Origin: Strigamia acuminata
Lineage: Eukaryota
NCBI GenBank assembly: GCA_949358305.1
Contig: OX442314.1
Coordinates: 2,046,001-2,110,000, forward strand
Direction of reading: 5' to 3'
DNA length: 64,000 bases
This document shows, piece by piece, positions 1 to 13,572 of this stretch (positions within the stretch are counted from its first letter, which is position 1; every line of letters starts with the position of its first letter). The notes beneath the pieces are model-generated. The model was given only the letters and a program-made list of their open reading frames with translations. It was not told the origin of the DNA and did no database searches. A program made the translations under genes and the position numbers.

Positions 1-29
1 GGAATTTTAATAAAAACTGCAAAAATTTA

Positions 30-600
30 ATTTTTGTATGTAAAGATGCAATTTCACAAGCAAAAGTGCCATTTTACAAGCAAAAGTGCAATTTTTATGT
101 GCAAAAATGCAATTTTTATATGCAAATTGCAATTTTTATATGCAAATTGCAATTTTTATATGCAAAAATGCAATTATTATGTGCAAAACTGCAATTATTA
201 TGCGCAAAACTGCAATTTTTGTGCAAAAATGCAATTTTATATGAAATATTTTTATATGCAATGATGCAATTTCACGAGCAAAACTGCAATTTTTATGTGC
301 AAAACTGCAATTATTATATGCAAAACTGCAATTATTATATGCAAAACTGCAATTATTATGTGCAAAACTGCAATTTTTATGTGCAAAACTGCAATTTTAT
401 ATGCAAAATGCAATTTTATATGCAAAATGCAATTTTATATGCAAAATGCAATTTTATATGCAAAATGCAATTTTACATGCAAAATGCAATTTTATATGCA
501 AAATGCAATTTTATATGCAAACTGCAATTTTATATGCAAAAACGCAATTTTATATGCAAAATGCAATTTTATATGCAAAATGCAAATTTCATACGCAAAC
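30..600. repeat. Intronic minisatellite, ~19-21 bp unit (TGCAATTTTATATGCAAAA)
   Basis: Visible tandem array; explains the repetitive spurious ORFs at 34-650. Confidence 0.95.
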
Positions 601-678
601 TGCTATTCAATTTGGCAAAAAAAATTTCTAAGAACAAAATTGCATCATAAACTGCAAATTGCATCAATTTTTCATTAC

Positions 679-2745
679 TTTTCGAGAAAAGAAATAGTTG
701 CTTTCGTCACGTGCGGAAAACTAGAATCCATATTCAAGTTGAGAATCAAACTCAATTTCCCATTAATGTTTAATTTCTCTAGGGCGATGTCCATATCCAT
801 TCCAACTCTTAAAAACCAAAACAAAAAACAAATTAAAAAATCATTTCCATCCATTCGAATGATTCGAATCAAATATAAATTTCTCCAAAACAACTCCGTA
901 CCCTTTTCCACCCAATCGCGAGCAAAGCAACATCCGGAAATCCGGGCACTGCAATCCCACGTCCAATTCCAGATTCAACTGACATTTCACGGTCCGCGTC
1001 AAATCAAACCCGGACTTAGCGAAAACAGTCGAGTAAGTCAGCGGCGTTTTCGCTCCCGAGCTCACGTCGAACGCCTTAACGGAATTAATAAACGGCGTGC
1101 TGTCGCCCAAGCTAAATTCCCGAAGTTCGACGCTCTCTAAACAACAACAAAATCCATTCAAAAAAATCCATTTATCCCCACAAACCGACAATTCGACAAA
1201 CAACCGAGAAAAGACGGCTTCGACTCATTCAGCAACGGATCCAACGAATTTTTCACGAGTCGGAAAATGCTCGGAGAACTAAAAATCCACCTAAAATTTA
1301 AAAAAAAAAATTAAATTAAATTTTATTAATAGACCCCGGATATTTACGCAAAATAAAATTTGTTTTACGCGCATGAAATATGCACCAAAAATTCAATTTT
1401 ATGCAAAATAAAAAAATTTATCCGAATGAAATCAGGTGTTAAATAACAACTTAATACCATTTCAAAGTGTTCTTGATGTAAATGATTTATAATTAGTAAT
1501 TAAAATTCATTTATTTCTATTTTTTTATTTGTTTATTTCTTAAAACTTTTTCCAGACACTAATTTAGTGACTTTCCTGGTGTCTGTTTTTTGCGAAGTCC
1601 TTAGTTTACCGAACGCAAGCATACATACACGATACGTTTCTTTAAAAAAAGGCAAAAATTGATACCGTATTACCTCACATTAAGCCGCATGCCGGTGTAG
1701 TGCGAGTTATACCGGCATGCCGATAAACCTAGTTTTTAACGGCATGCCGTAAGTGAGTACAAATTTTTCTAAATGAGAATTCAGCCAAAACAAACATAAA
1801 ATCCTTATTTTAGATCTTCAAAATGTAAGAAATTGCCTTAAATTTCTATAAATTTACCCAGATTTTAGTAAAAATCTGCTGAAAATAAGGAAAACTTAAA
1901 TTTTAGTCCCAAAAACCAACATAATTATTCATCCGGGCTCTTTAAAGTAAAAAAAACAAAATGCCCGCTTTTTCACTTATACCGGCATATTTCGCTTTAT
2001 ACCGGCATGTCGGTATAAACTTTATGCACGCAATTTTAAAAACCTGGTAAACCCATGCCCAACGGCATGCCGCTTTATGTGAGGTAATACGATACATAAA
2101 TGTTAAGTATCGTTAAAAAGACACAAATCGCCGTTTTTTTCCCGGAAAAATAACGATTTATGCATTTATTTCTGATTTTCGGAAAATATGCATTTATAGC
2201 CAATTTCGGCTTTTTATTGAATAAAAATAATTCCTATGCATTTATGCATTTATCCCAGCCCTATTTATTAAATTTTATTATTCAAATACCATCGGTTGAT
2301 GAGGAAATTGAGCCACTCGACGGTTTCGTCGGTCTGGAGAGCTCGCCGTCGATGTAGTCGCAGTTTCTCGAACGCCACGGACTCCTCGATCAACCGGTTG
2401 AAATTACTGAGCCAAACCGCGGCCAAAAAGAGCAGCAAAAGGACGACCCAAGCGACCGAGAAGCCCATTTGACCCAGCAGCCAACTGAGCAGCAAACACG
2501 AGCTCACAAGCACGTAGCTGTGCATCAATTGACTCCCGCGCTGAAACCGAATCAAAATCTCATCAAATTTCGAATTCCAAACAAATGTGTCGATATCGTT
2601 ACCTGACTTTTTCGCGCGAGAGCTTCGTCGTATTCGTCCGGCTCGGCCGCGCCGATCCCGTCGTCCTTCGCCGCATTCGGCGTGTCGAAATTCGCGTTTC
2701 GTTCGTCGTTCGAGTTGGGCAAGAGACCCGCACCGACTTCGCCCG
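679..2745 (-). CDS. SMP-domain membrane tether protein, extended-synaptotagmin/tricalbin-like (partial; exons 2745-2603, 2540-2290, 1290-1205, 1136-902, 807-679; continues past the left edge, first exon unresolved)
   Basis: GT-AG joins keep one frame: hydrophobic hairpin (YVLVSSCLLLSWLLGQMGFSVAWVVLLLLFLAAVW), then the SMP start ETVEWLNFLINRW/WIFSSPSIFRLVKNSLDPLLNESKPSFL/ESVELREFSLGDSTP...FPHVTKATISFLEK. Confidence 0.8.
1665..2092. mobile_element. TA-flanked MITE (Tc1/mariner-pogo type) in an intron
   Basis: TA|CCGTATTACCTCACAT...ATGTGAGGTAATACGA|TA terminal inverted repeats, with internal CGGCATGCCG subrepeats. Confidence 0.75.
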
Positions 2746-4463
2746 CTGTCGGAAAAATAAATAAATAAACACAAATTTAAAATAGAAATAACAAACGGCC
2801 TCGATTTCGTTGGGAAAATCGATACAAAATTAAAATAAAAACAATAAAACGGCCTCGATTATCGTCTTTAATTCAAAACAAACAAAATTCGGCGAGTTTG
2901 GCTTTAAATAAAATGGTAAATTAGATTAAAACTTACATCTGAAAGCGCTTTTTCTTTTGTGCATGTGTCTGTGGAGCCACGAAATCATAATAAGCCAAAA
3001 AGCAATACCAAACACGTGTTCGGTAAATCAATTGGTCAAAATATCAAACATCTGGCGATTTACTCGGCCAAGCTAACTCCAGATACAATTTAAAACCATT
3101 TTAAAATTAAATTTAAAAAAAAAATAAAAAATAAAAAAAATTTAGGTTTAAAAATCTAAAATTCTCGTCGTTCCCTCGTTCGCATTCGCTGCATTTGCAG
3201 CAATTGGTGTATTTGCACGAGTTCCCTCCTCGTTTGACGTTATATCTATCTGGTCTGTGGTGCTGGTTGAGGGACAGGTGCAATCGGCAAAGGGAAGGCC
3301 GGGTATTAAAGTCAAAGCACTCAAAGCGCGACAAATAAATATTCGAACAAACGGAAGGAAAAAAAATGCACAAATAATAAGATAAAAACTAATAATTTGT
3401 CAGTCATTCACGGATTACGCAATTCCGTCCGTTTACGCGTTTACGAGCTTTGATTTGGAGATTTTTCATCGGTCATTAGTCACGCAACCGTTTCCTCTTT
3501 AGGATTAATCAATTTTTCTGTTTTAAACGCGAAAGGAATCCGGACGAGTTTACGATTTTTCTAAATTTTAAAACATCGAACGACGTTTTAATTTTTATTT
3601 TGCAACATCGAATTTCGTCATCGCCGTCCTGATAGTCGAGTTTAGCGGCACATAACGTAAGTCAAGGTCGAAATAAGGTATCTCTATGAAAAAAATAATA
3701 TTAAAACCGTTTTCGTTTCGTTTTCGTTTCGTTTTGTTGACTTTGGTGCATCGAGCGATTGTTCTCCGCAGCTTTTGCGCGGTAATTAAACGAATTAAAT
3801 GAATTAAATTATCGATATTTACCCGGTGTTTGTTCGCAATTTTCCTCCCCAATTAGATCTTTCTCCATTGCGGCCTTTTTTCTGTCTCTGATCGTCTCTA
3901 TTTTCGTTTAGTCTGCGACCGAAGCTGCGGGGACGAGACGGCAAAGTCCGCGACACAATAAACACGATTTTTTCGCATCAAACTTGCATTTCAAACGGAA
4001 TGATACTCACTATAGGGCAATTAGTGAATGCACAATTCAGCAAATATCCCATTCTTCGTTCGTGATAACTCGGAGCAACTCGGATGACTCATCTCGTCCC
4101 CCTAAAACCACTAAAACTCATCACCCTCCTCCTCCTCTTCGCGTCGAGCCAGACTGTACACAAAACAAAACAACACGCGCCAACTTTGGAATTTACGCAT
4201 GCCCAAGCCGGCTGTTCGCAAAGAACGCCGTCATGTCGGCAAAATGAGACGTTTATTCGAGGCAAAAGCTAAATCAAGTCGAAACGTCGATGTTTTTCCA
4301 CAAAATTCGACCGATTTCCCACTCGTTTTCGTTCCGTTCCGTTTTTGAGGGGGTTCCGCCATTTCGAGTTTCCAAGCGTGGGCCACGTGACCGAGCCGAA
4401 AGCCAATTATCGAAGCAGATTTTAAACGATCGAAGATTTGAAATTTTTGGCTAGGCCGAAACA

Positions 4464-6639
4464 ATGGATGCCGGCAATTTGACATCGTCGATTAATAATT
4501 TAAATACGCTGAAATACGCGGGTTTACAGGAGCTTGCGAAAAAATGCGGTCTCAAGGCCAATCTAAAGGTGCGTAGCGAGTACGGCGAACGAGTGCCGCC
4601 ATTTTCAAACCAAAAACTATTCCACTAACCCGACAAATCGTTCACACAGGCCGAGAAATTACGCGACAGTTTACGGATTCACCTTACGAAAAGTGACAAA
4701 ATAAACGCAAAAGAAACAAATTTGGTTCGTGGGACACAATTATCATTTCGAAATGAATAAATCGACTAAATTCAATCGTTTTTAGGTTGCGAATCAAGCT
4801 GGAAACGACAGAGCGAGACGAATTCGTCGCCGAACGTTCGAGTTGGAGGAAGCGGCGATGGGCGCGCTCACGCCCGAGATCTTGCAGGAAAACCAAGTGC
4901 ACGAGCACAAGAGATTAATAAACGAGGGGGAGAAGGCGCTCGCTTCGTCTAGGGAGCAAAACCCGCCGCAAATCAAGTGGAAGTTGATCGATGACGAAAA
5001 CAAACCGCCCGTTTCGAAGTCGGATCAAATTGTTGCGGCCGGAACGAGTTCGTCGCTTCGCAAACGAGTCGCGCTGCGCCCGCAGAGAGTCCTTCGAAGT
5101 TTGTGACAAATTAGTTTTCTATTTTTTGCATATTTTCACCATGTTTCGACATATCGTAATTCTGTTGAAATTGGATTTTTTTAATACGTTTTTCTACAAC
5201 GATTCAGTCGTAAATGGACTTTTACGACACATTTTCGCTAAATTTGTGTCGGATTGGACTTTTTCAATATTTTTTTATCAAATTCAGTCAAACTTGGACG
5301 TTTTTGACACATTTTCGCTATAATTCAGTCAAAATTGGACGTTTTCGACCCATTTTCGCTGTAATTCAATCAAAATTGGACGTTTTCGACACATTTTCGC
5401 TATAATTCAATCAATATTGGACGTTTTCGACACATTTTCGCTGTAATTCAGTCAAAATTGGACGTTTTCCACCATGATTTTATCAAATTCTGCCTTTTTT
5501 AACAATTTTCCGCACTAATACACGAGAAATTTGAATTTATAAACATTTATTTCCACCAAATTTAGTCAAAATTAGACGTTTTCGACATATTTTCGTTATA
5601 ATTCAGTCAAAATTGAACGTTTTCCACCATGATTTCATCCAATTCTGCCTTTTTCAACAATTTTCCGCCCTAATATTCGCGAAATTTGAATTTATCAACA
5701 CCTATTTCCACCAAATTCAGTCAAAATTGGACGTTTTCGACACATTTTTGCTATAATTCAGTCAAAATTGGACGTTTTCCACCATGATTTCAACAAAATC
5801 TGCAAAATTTAAATTTATCAACACTTATTTATTTATGTACAGCTTTTCCAATATTTAAAAAAATATTTTTATTGTTTTTTAAAATAGAAACGCAAGATCA
5901 GAGCAAAATTCCGAGACCGTCGAGGGTCGCTACAGACGCGGCGATTTCGAAAAAAACGACTCCCAGTAAATTTGAAATTAAAATTTCCTTTTAAATTATG
6001 GAAATTAATTTTTTTTTGTTTTTACATAGATTTCGCACGAATGCACAAGCGGATTTTTGATAAAATGGACTCGGTGGACGTGTACGTCGAAAAAAAGCGC
6101 TTCAGAGCCAAGCAACTGCAGAACGGAATGACGCCAACTTCGCCCGCCAAGGTCCCATCAATTAAATCCCTTCAATTAATTTTTTTTAATTTTTTTGTTG
6201 TTTTTTAAAACAGAAACCCGAACCGACGGTCAAACGCGCCATATTTTCACCCGCAGCCAAACGCGGCATCTTTGCACCGACCGTTTTCTCGGTGAAAGAA
6301 GCGAATTTCAACTTCGCGAAAAACGCGCCGATTAAATTCAGCGCCGCGTCGAAAATCCCGATTAAAAAACCGTCGGAGAACTTAAGCCTCGCGACTAAAA
6401 AGCCCAGAACGGATCATCGTCAAATGTACAAAACGAGAAAAAGCAAAAAGTGAGTTTCCAAAATGGCGGAATTAAACAAAAAAAAAATTAATTTGTATTT
6501 AATTTATTTAATTTATTTAATTTATTCATTTTCTAGCGAAATCGCGAAGGGAAAGCTGCACCAATACGTTAAAGGCGTGCGAACGAACAGACGTTTCGAC
6601 CTCCAAATGCAGATGCGCAGCGCCGCCGAAGCGACTTAA
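4464..6639 (+). CDS. NUSAP1: Nucleolar and spindle-associated protein 1 (NuSAP/Mink-like), multi-exon
   Basis: N-terminal SAP-like LNTLKYAGLQELAKKCGLKANLK, central DFARMHKRIFDKMDSVDVYVEKK and C-terminal YVKGVRTNRRFDLQM match NuSAP-family motifs; stop TAA at 6637-6639. Confidence 0.88.
5260..5800. repeat. Intronic tandem repeat, ~42-bp unit (AATTCAGTCAAAATTGGACGTTTTCGACACATTTTCGCT..)
   Basis: Degenerate tandem copies visible inside a NUSAP1 intron. Confidence 0.9.
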
Positions 6640-6993
6640 ACGAACCAACGGCGCTCCGTTTTTTTAATTTAAAAATTGACAGTTTAATTTCGCTAAGCCT
6701 ACTCAAATGTACCATAACGACTTTTTATTATTATTCTAAACACGCTTAGCTTTCTATCTCCGTGAAATATATATATTTTATACATGTGTGTGTCAATGTA
6801 TACATCGAGCCTTTGCATTTTTGAAAATAAAAATTTTAAAACGAGCAAACAAAGAGCGCCGTAATGCCGAAAACCGTCGCCAGAGCCCGCCGCGGCGCAG
6901 CCTGTGTATAGTGAAGTTTTTGATTCAGGCGACGCTGACAAAAAGGGGGCAAGAGATTCGCTCAATCTTGTCGTTTTGCTCAGTGGTTCGAGC

Positions 6994-9900
6994 ATGGGGA
7001 AGCGCAAAAGTCGCGTTATGGTCGACTCGAGCGACGACAGCGATGGGAGTCCGGGCGATCTCGACGAGGTGAGCGAAAGAAAATGAATTGACGCGAGTTT
7101 GGACGTTTGCGCGTTCAAAAGGAATAATTAACGGCCCTTTGCTGTTTGAATGTATAGGAATTGCTGACCCTGGCCAAGCGGAAGAAGACCGAAGTGGCGG
7201 AAAATGTGGAGAAGAAACCCGAGAGCGAATCCGAGACGTCGGAAAGCGACGACGAGGTAACGCGAGTCGGGAGTTTGGAGAAATGCGAATAAATTGTGGA
7301 ATTAATTGTAGTGGACGGCCGACGGAAAGACGAAGAAAAAGAAGAAACAAAAGCCCGGGAAGGAAGCGAAAAGGGCGAATAAAAAGGCGCCGAAAGCGAG
7401 TGCGTCTTCGGACAGCGACGTCGATGTGAAGAAGGAACGGGATTCCGAACCGGAAGAGGGTATATTGTCGGATTTAGGTTTTGTTTTGTGAAGTTTGGTT
7501 GATTTGTTGGGTATTTTGTTGGTTTTAGGGGAGGTTTCGGATTCGGATGTGGCCGAGGAGTCGTCGAATGAGTCGGGCGCGAGCGATTCGGACGTGAGTG
7601 ACGAGGAGTTCAATGATGGTTACGACGAGAATTTGATGGGCGACGAGGAAGATCAAGCGCGATTGGCTCAAATGACGGAGAAGGAGCGCGAGCAGGAACT
7701 TTACAACCGAATTGAGAAGAGAGAGGTCTTAAAGAAACGGTAAATGGACGAAAATCGACCGAGAATCAATGAAAATTTACGAAAAATCATTGTAAATTAA
7801 CAAAAATCAATAAAAATTAACGGAAAATTATTGTAAATTAACAAAAATCAATGAAAGTTAACGAAAAATCATTGGAAATTAACAAAAATCAATGAAAATT
7901 AACCAAAAATTATTGGAAATTAGCAAAAATTGATGAAAATCATTGAAAATAAACGAAAAATCAATGAAAATCATAGAAAATTAACCAAAAATCAATTCAA
8001 AGCATTGAAAATGAACGAAAAATCAATGAAAATCATAGAAAATTAACGAAAAATCAATGAAAATTATTGAAAATTAACCAAAAATTAATGAAAATCATTG
8101 AAAATGAACGAAAAATCAATGAAAATCATAGAAAATTAACCAAAAATCAATGAAAATCATTGAAAATTAACCAAAAATTGATGAAAATCATTGAAAATTA
8201 ACGAAAAATCAATGGAAATCATTGAAAATTAACGAAAAATCAATGAAAATCATAGAAAATTAACCAAAAATCAATGAAAATCATAGAAAATTAACAAAAA
8301 ATCAATGAAAATCATTGAAAATTAACCAAAAATTGATGAAAATCATTGAAAATTAACCAAAAATTAATGAAAATCATTGAAAATGAACGAAAAATCAATG
8401 AAAATCATAGAAAATTAACCAAAAATCAATGAAAATCATTGAAAATTAACCAAAAATTGATGAAAATTATTGAAAATTAACGAAAAATCAATGGAAATCA
8501 TTGAAAATTAACGAAAAATTAATGGAAATCAATGTAAATTAACAAAAATCAATGAAAATTAACAAAAATCAATGAAAATTAACCAAAAATCATTGGAAAT
8601 TAGCAAAAATCGATGAAAATCATTTAAAATTAATGAAAAATTAATGAAAATCATTGAAAATTAACCAAAAATTAATGAAAATCAATGAAAATTAACGAAA
8701 AATCAATGAAAGTCATTAAAAATTAACGCAGATTTCATCCTTTTTTATTCAAATGTTTAACTGACTTTGTCTTTTTATTTTTAGTTTTGAAATCGAGAAA
8801 AAATTGCGGATGGTCAAAAAGAAAGAACAGAAAAGAAAGGCGAAAAGGGACCTCGAAAAAGCGAAATGCGAGGCGAGTCAACGGAGCAAGGAGCGACGAC
8901 GTACCGTCGAAGAAAAGAAAGACAAAGTGGACAAGAAAGCTCAAGCGATTAAAGATCTAAAGGCGCGAAGAGAGGAGAAGAAGAGCAAAGGTTCAACGAA
9001 TCAATCAACCCAATCCAATCAACCAATTCAACTTGTTTTTGTCTGTTTTGTGCAGCCGAAGCGGCAGAAAAGATGAAACTGGAGCAGCAACAGTCAGAAC
9101 AGAGCGACGAGAAACCCAAGAAATTGAAAGCGAGCGACATTTATTCGGACGACGACGACGACTACGACGACGACGACGATGACGGCTCGGAGCGGGAATC
9201 CGAACCCGACCAGAACACGGAGAAATCGTACAGATCCGACAGCGACAGCAAGGGCTCGGACATGGAGACGAAATCCAAGCGGCCGCAGTTCATTCAGTCG
9301 AAAGAGGATCTGAACAAGATCCGCTTGTCCAGACACAAAATGGAGCGGTAGATTGGATGGAAATTGGATGGAAATGGAGTTGTTTTATTTGTTTATATTT
9401 TTTTAGGTGGGTTTGCATGCCGTTTTTTGCCAAAACCGTGATTGGGTGTTTCGTGCGGATCGGCATCGGCAACAACAACAGCAAGCCGGTTTACCGGGTA
9501 TGAAAAGAAAACGGGCGGATTTATAAAACAAGCAAGAGTGGCCATTCTGGTTCAGTTTTTTGCTTGCTTTTTTCTATTTTGGTCGAAAAATTGGATGATT
9601 TCGCGAATAATTGGATGTTGTTCCCATTTTTGTCCAAAAGTTAGATAATTTTGGCGAAAAATTGGATTTTTTTTTTTTATTTTTGTAAAAAAAATTGGAT
9701 TTTTTCGATTTTTGTTTCAAAAATTGGATGTTTTTCGATTTTTGTTCAAAAATTGGATAATTTTCGATTTTTTCAAAAATTGGATGATTTTGGCGAAAAA
9801 TTGGATGTTTTTTCGATTTTTGTTCAAAAATTAGATGATTTTGGCACCAAAAAAAGGGATGATTTTGGCCAAAAATTGGACGATTTTGGTCTTTAAATTG

Positions 9901-12900
9901 AATTTTTGGTCTCTAAATGTTTTTTTGGGCCGAAAATTGTACATTTTGGCCTTGAAATTGAATTTTTGGTCTCTAAATGTTTTTTTGGGCCGAAAATTGT
10001 ATATTTTGGGCCGAAAATTGTATATTTTGGGCCGAAAATTGTATATTTTGGTTTTGAAATTGAATTTTTGGTCTTAAAATTGAATATTTGGTCTTGAAAT
10101 TGAATATTTGGTCTTGAAATTGAATTTTTGGTCTCTAAATGTTTTTTTGGGCCGAAAATTGTACATTTTGGCCTTGAAATTGAATACTTTGGTCTCTAAA
10201 TGTTTTTTTGGGCCGAAAATTGAACATTTTGCTTCCGAAATGAACATTTTGCTTCCGAAATGAACATTTTGCTTCCGAAATGAACATTTTGCTTCCGAAA
10301 TGAACATTTTGCTTCCGAAATGAACATTTTGCTTCCGAAATGAACAAATTTTGGTTGCGAAATGAACATTTAGGGCCTAAACCTGAATTTTTGGACTCAA
10401 GGATCCGCTAACGAAAGAAAAAAAAAACCAAAAAACCTAAAAACTAATTTAAAACGTCGTCTCTAGGTGGCAGAAATCCTCGAAGTGGTCGAAACCGCCA
10501 AAGTCTACCAACTCGGCAACACCCGCATCAACAAAGGCTTCAAACTGCGGCACGGCGGCGAAGAACGCGTCTTCCGCCTCGAGTTCGTCAGCAACCAAGA
10601 CTTCACCGAGACCGAATTCACGAAATGGCGCGAAGCCGTCATGTTGCAGGGCATGCACCTGCCCACCAAGGACGAGGTAGAAAAAAAATACAAGGACATC
10701 GGCGACGCCGCCAACTACCTCTTCAAGGACGAGGACATCGAACGCATCGTGCAAGAAAAAGAGCGCTTCAAGAAATCCCCGTTCAACTACGCGCTCAAGA
10801 AGACGCAGCTCATGAAGCACCGCGAGATGGCCGAGCTGAACGGCGACGCCAAGGAGATGACGCGCCTAAAAGCCGAGATGGAGACGCTGGAGGAGCGCGC
10901 GGCCGAGCTGGACAAGATCCGCACGAGCAACATCCACGCCATCAGCTACATCAACGAGCGCAACCGACAGCGCAACATCCAGGAGGCGGAGAAGGCGATT
11001 CTGGAGGAGGCGGCGGAGAGTCGGAACAAGGCGGACGATCCGTTCACTCGGCGGAAATGCAATCCGACGCTGGTGACTAAGTCGCGCGATTCGTCGGTCA
11101 ATGCGGCGGCGGCGGTGGCGAGATTGGGGGAGGCGGCGGAGGCGAAGTCGGCGTTGCTCAACCCGTTGTTGGTGGAGGGATTGGACGGGAGGAACGAGGG
11201 GAAGACGGAGGTGGCTAGGGGTGCGGATGGAGCGGGGGAGGATATGTTTTCGGCGCACGATTTTGATATAAAGATCGATCTGGAGGTTCCGTTATCTGGT
11301 GAGAATGACTAGTTTATTTTTTTTGTTTATTTTGATTTTTTTTTATTTTTGTTCTGGATTTTAGTTTTAATCAGTTTAAATCAATTTAAATCAATTTAAA
11401 TAAATTTTTCTTTAATTTAAATCAATTTTTGTTTAATTTAAATCAATTTTTGTTTAATTTTAATCAATTTAAATCAAGTTAAATCAATTTAAATCAATCT
11501 AAATCAATCTAAATCAATCTAAATCAATTTAAATCAATTTAAATCAATCTAAATCAATTTAAATCAATTTGAATCAATTTTTGTTTAATTTAAATTAATT
11601 TAAATCAATTTAAATCAAGTTAAATCAATTTAAATCAAGTTTTGTTTAATTTAAATCAATTTGAATCAATTTTTGTTTAATTTAAATCAATTTAAATCAA
11701 TTTTTCTTTAATTTAAATCAATTTGAATCAATTTTTGTTCAATTTAAATCAATTTTTCTTCAATTTAAATTAATTTTTGTTCAATTTAAATTAATTTTTG
11801 TTCAATTTTAATCAATTTTTGTTCAATTTTAATCAATTTAAATCAATTTTTCTTCAATTTAACACTAGAAAGGCCAGAGCGGTCATTTTGACCGCAATAG
11901 CTGTTTTAAACAGCTGTAGCAATAAACCCAATGGGTTTACAATGCTGGTATTTTTTCACTTTTACTGATTTATGATACTTTACATCATAAATCAGCAAAC
12001 GTGGCATTTTTCTTCAAGAAAATTTTTAAAAAAGAGAATTTACCTAAAAAGGCCAAATGCGGTCAAAATGACCGCTTGAAACAACGCTGCACAAGACGTG
12101 CACGAAACGTGGACAAAACGCACACAAATCGTGCAAAATACATAAACAATACGTGTATCTTGCGTTTTGTTATCAAATTGACCAGTAACACGCCAAATAT
12201 GCGAAAAAAATAGCAAAACAAAAATTGATGGTTTTTATAAAACCTGATGAAATTAAATTTCCGTTTTCAATTTTATCAGATTTTATAAAAACCATCAATT
12301 TTTGTTTTGCTATTTTCTTCGCATATTTGGCGTGTTACTGATTAATTTGATGGCAAAAGGCAAGATACACGTATTGTTCATGTATTTTGCACGATTTGTG
12401 CGCGTTTTGTCCACGTTTCGTGCATGTCTTGTGCAGTTGTTTCAAGCGGTCATTTTGACCGCATTTGGCCTTTCTAGGTAGGCGGAAATTCCGGCCTTTC
12501 TAGTGTTAAATCAATTTAAATCAATTTTTGTTCAATTTAAATCAATTTAAATCAATTTTTGTTCAATTTAAATCAATTTTTCTTCAATTTAAATCAATTT
12601 TTGTTCAATTTAAATCAATTTTTCTTCAATTTAAATCAATTTTTCTTCAATTTAAATCAATTTTTCTTCAATTTAAATCAATTTTTCTTCAATTTAAATC
12701 AATTTTTCTTCAATTTAAATCAATTTTTCTTCAATTTAAATCAATTTTTCTTCAATTTAAATCAATTTTTCTTCAATTTAAATCAATTTTTCTTCAATTT
12801 AAATTAATTTTTCTTGTTTTATTCAATGTAATTCAATTTTTCTTGTTTTCGTCTCTTTTAATCAATTTTTCTTATTTTCGTCTGTTTTAATCAATTTTTC

Positions 12901-13224
12901 TTATTTTCGTCTGTTTTAATCAATTTTTCTTATTTTCGTCTGTTTTAATCAATTTTTCTTATTTTCGTCTGTTTTAATCAATTTTTCTTATTTTCGTCTG
13001 TTTTAATCAATTTTTCTTATTTTCGTCTGTTTTAATCAATTTTTCTCATTTTCGTCTGTTTTAATCATTTTTTTTCAATTTTCTTTGGTGTTTTAATCAT
13101 TTTTCTTTGAATTTTAGCGACTCCGGTGAACATCACCCCGAAGACGATGCCGCAAATCAAAGACGGCGCCCCAAAACGGTCGCTGAACCTCGAAGACTAC
13201 AAGAAACGCCGCGGACTCATCTGA
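6994..13224 (+). CDS. RTF1: RNA polymerase-associated protein RTF1 (PAF1 complex; Plus3 domain), multi-exon
   Basis: MGKRK..DSSDDSD start; [39 protein letters not shown]; Plus3 segments [29 protein letters not shown] and [28 protein letters not shown]-terminal [15 protein letters not shown]. Confidence 0.96.
7760..8730. repeat. A-rich degenerate tandem array in an RTF1 intron (AAAATTAACCAAAAATCAATGAAAATCATTG-like)
   Basis: Visible tandem array. Confidence 0.9.
9650..10370. repeat. Compound T-rich tandem arrays in an RTF1 intron, ending in a perfect 20-bp TGAACATTTTGCTTCCGAAA array
   Basis: Several successive repeat units visible. Confidence 0.9.
11370..13070. repeat. AATCAATTTA-type and related tandem arrays in the last RTF1 intron, interrupted by a MITE
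   Basis: Visible arrays on both sides of the 11863-12505 element. Confidence 0.9.
11863..12505. mobile_element. piggyBac-type non-autonomous element (TTAA target-site duplication) with a long internal palindrome
   Basis: TTAA|CACTAGAAAGGCC...GGCCTTTCTAGTG|TTAA; internal inverted arms of ~215 bp span ~12041-12480. Confidence 0.85.
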
Positions 13225-13572
13225 AGCGAACGTCCAAGTGTAAATAAATGTTTGTAATCTGTCGTACGATTAAGTTAGCACAATATTCCGACGGTATTCG
13301 GCAATAATAACAACATCGGCCACTTTTTTTGGCGAAACAATTATTTTTTCAAACAAATTGTAACAATATTTTTAGTCTCTTTGATACACATATATAAATA
13401 TAACTTTTTTTTTTTTTTTTATTTATAATCATAAAGATTTATCGGAAATTTCTTTCAAATTATCAACATAGTGAAAAAAAAAGAAAAAAAGTGTTAGATT
13501 TGTACTTAATCGAAAAAAAAAGAGAGGAAATTTAAGTTGTATCTGTATAAATTATTCAAAACGACTTTATTA

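Noticed and set aside
34..1140. Plus-strand Cys/Met-rich ORFs
   Set aside because: They derive from an intronic minisatellite and the antisense of the SMP-gene exons.
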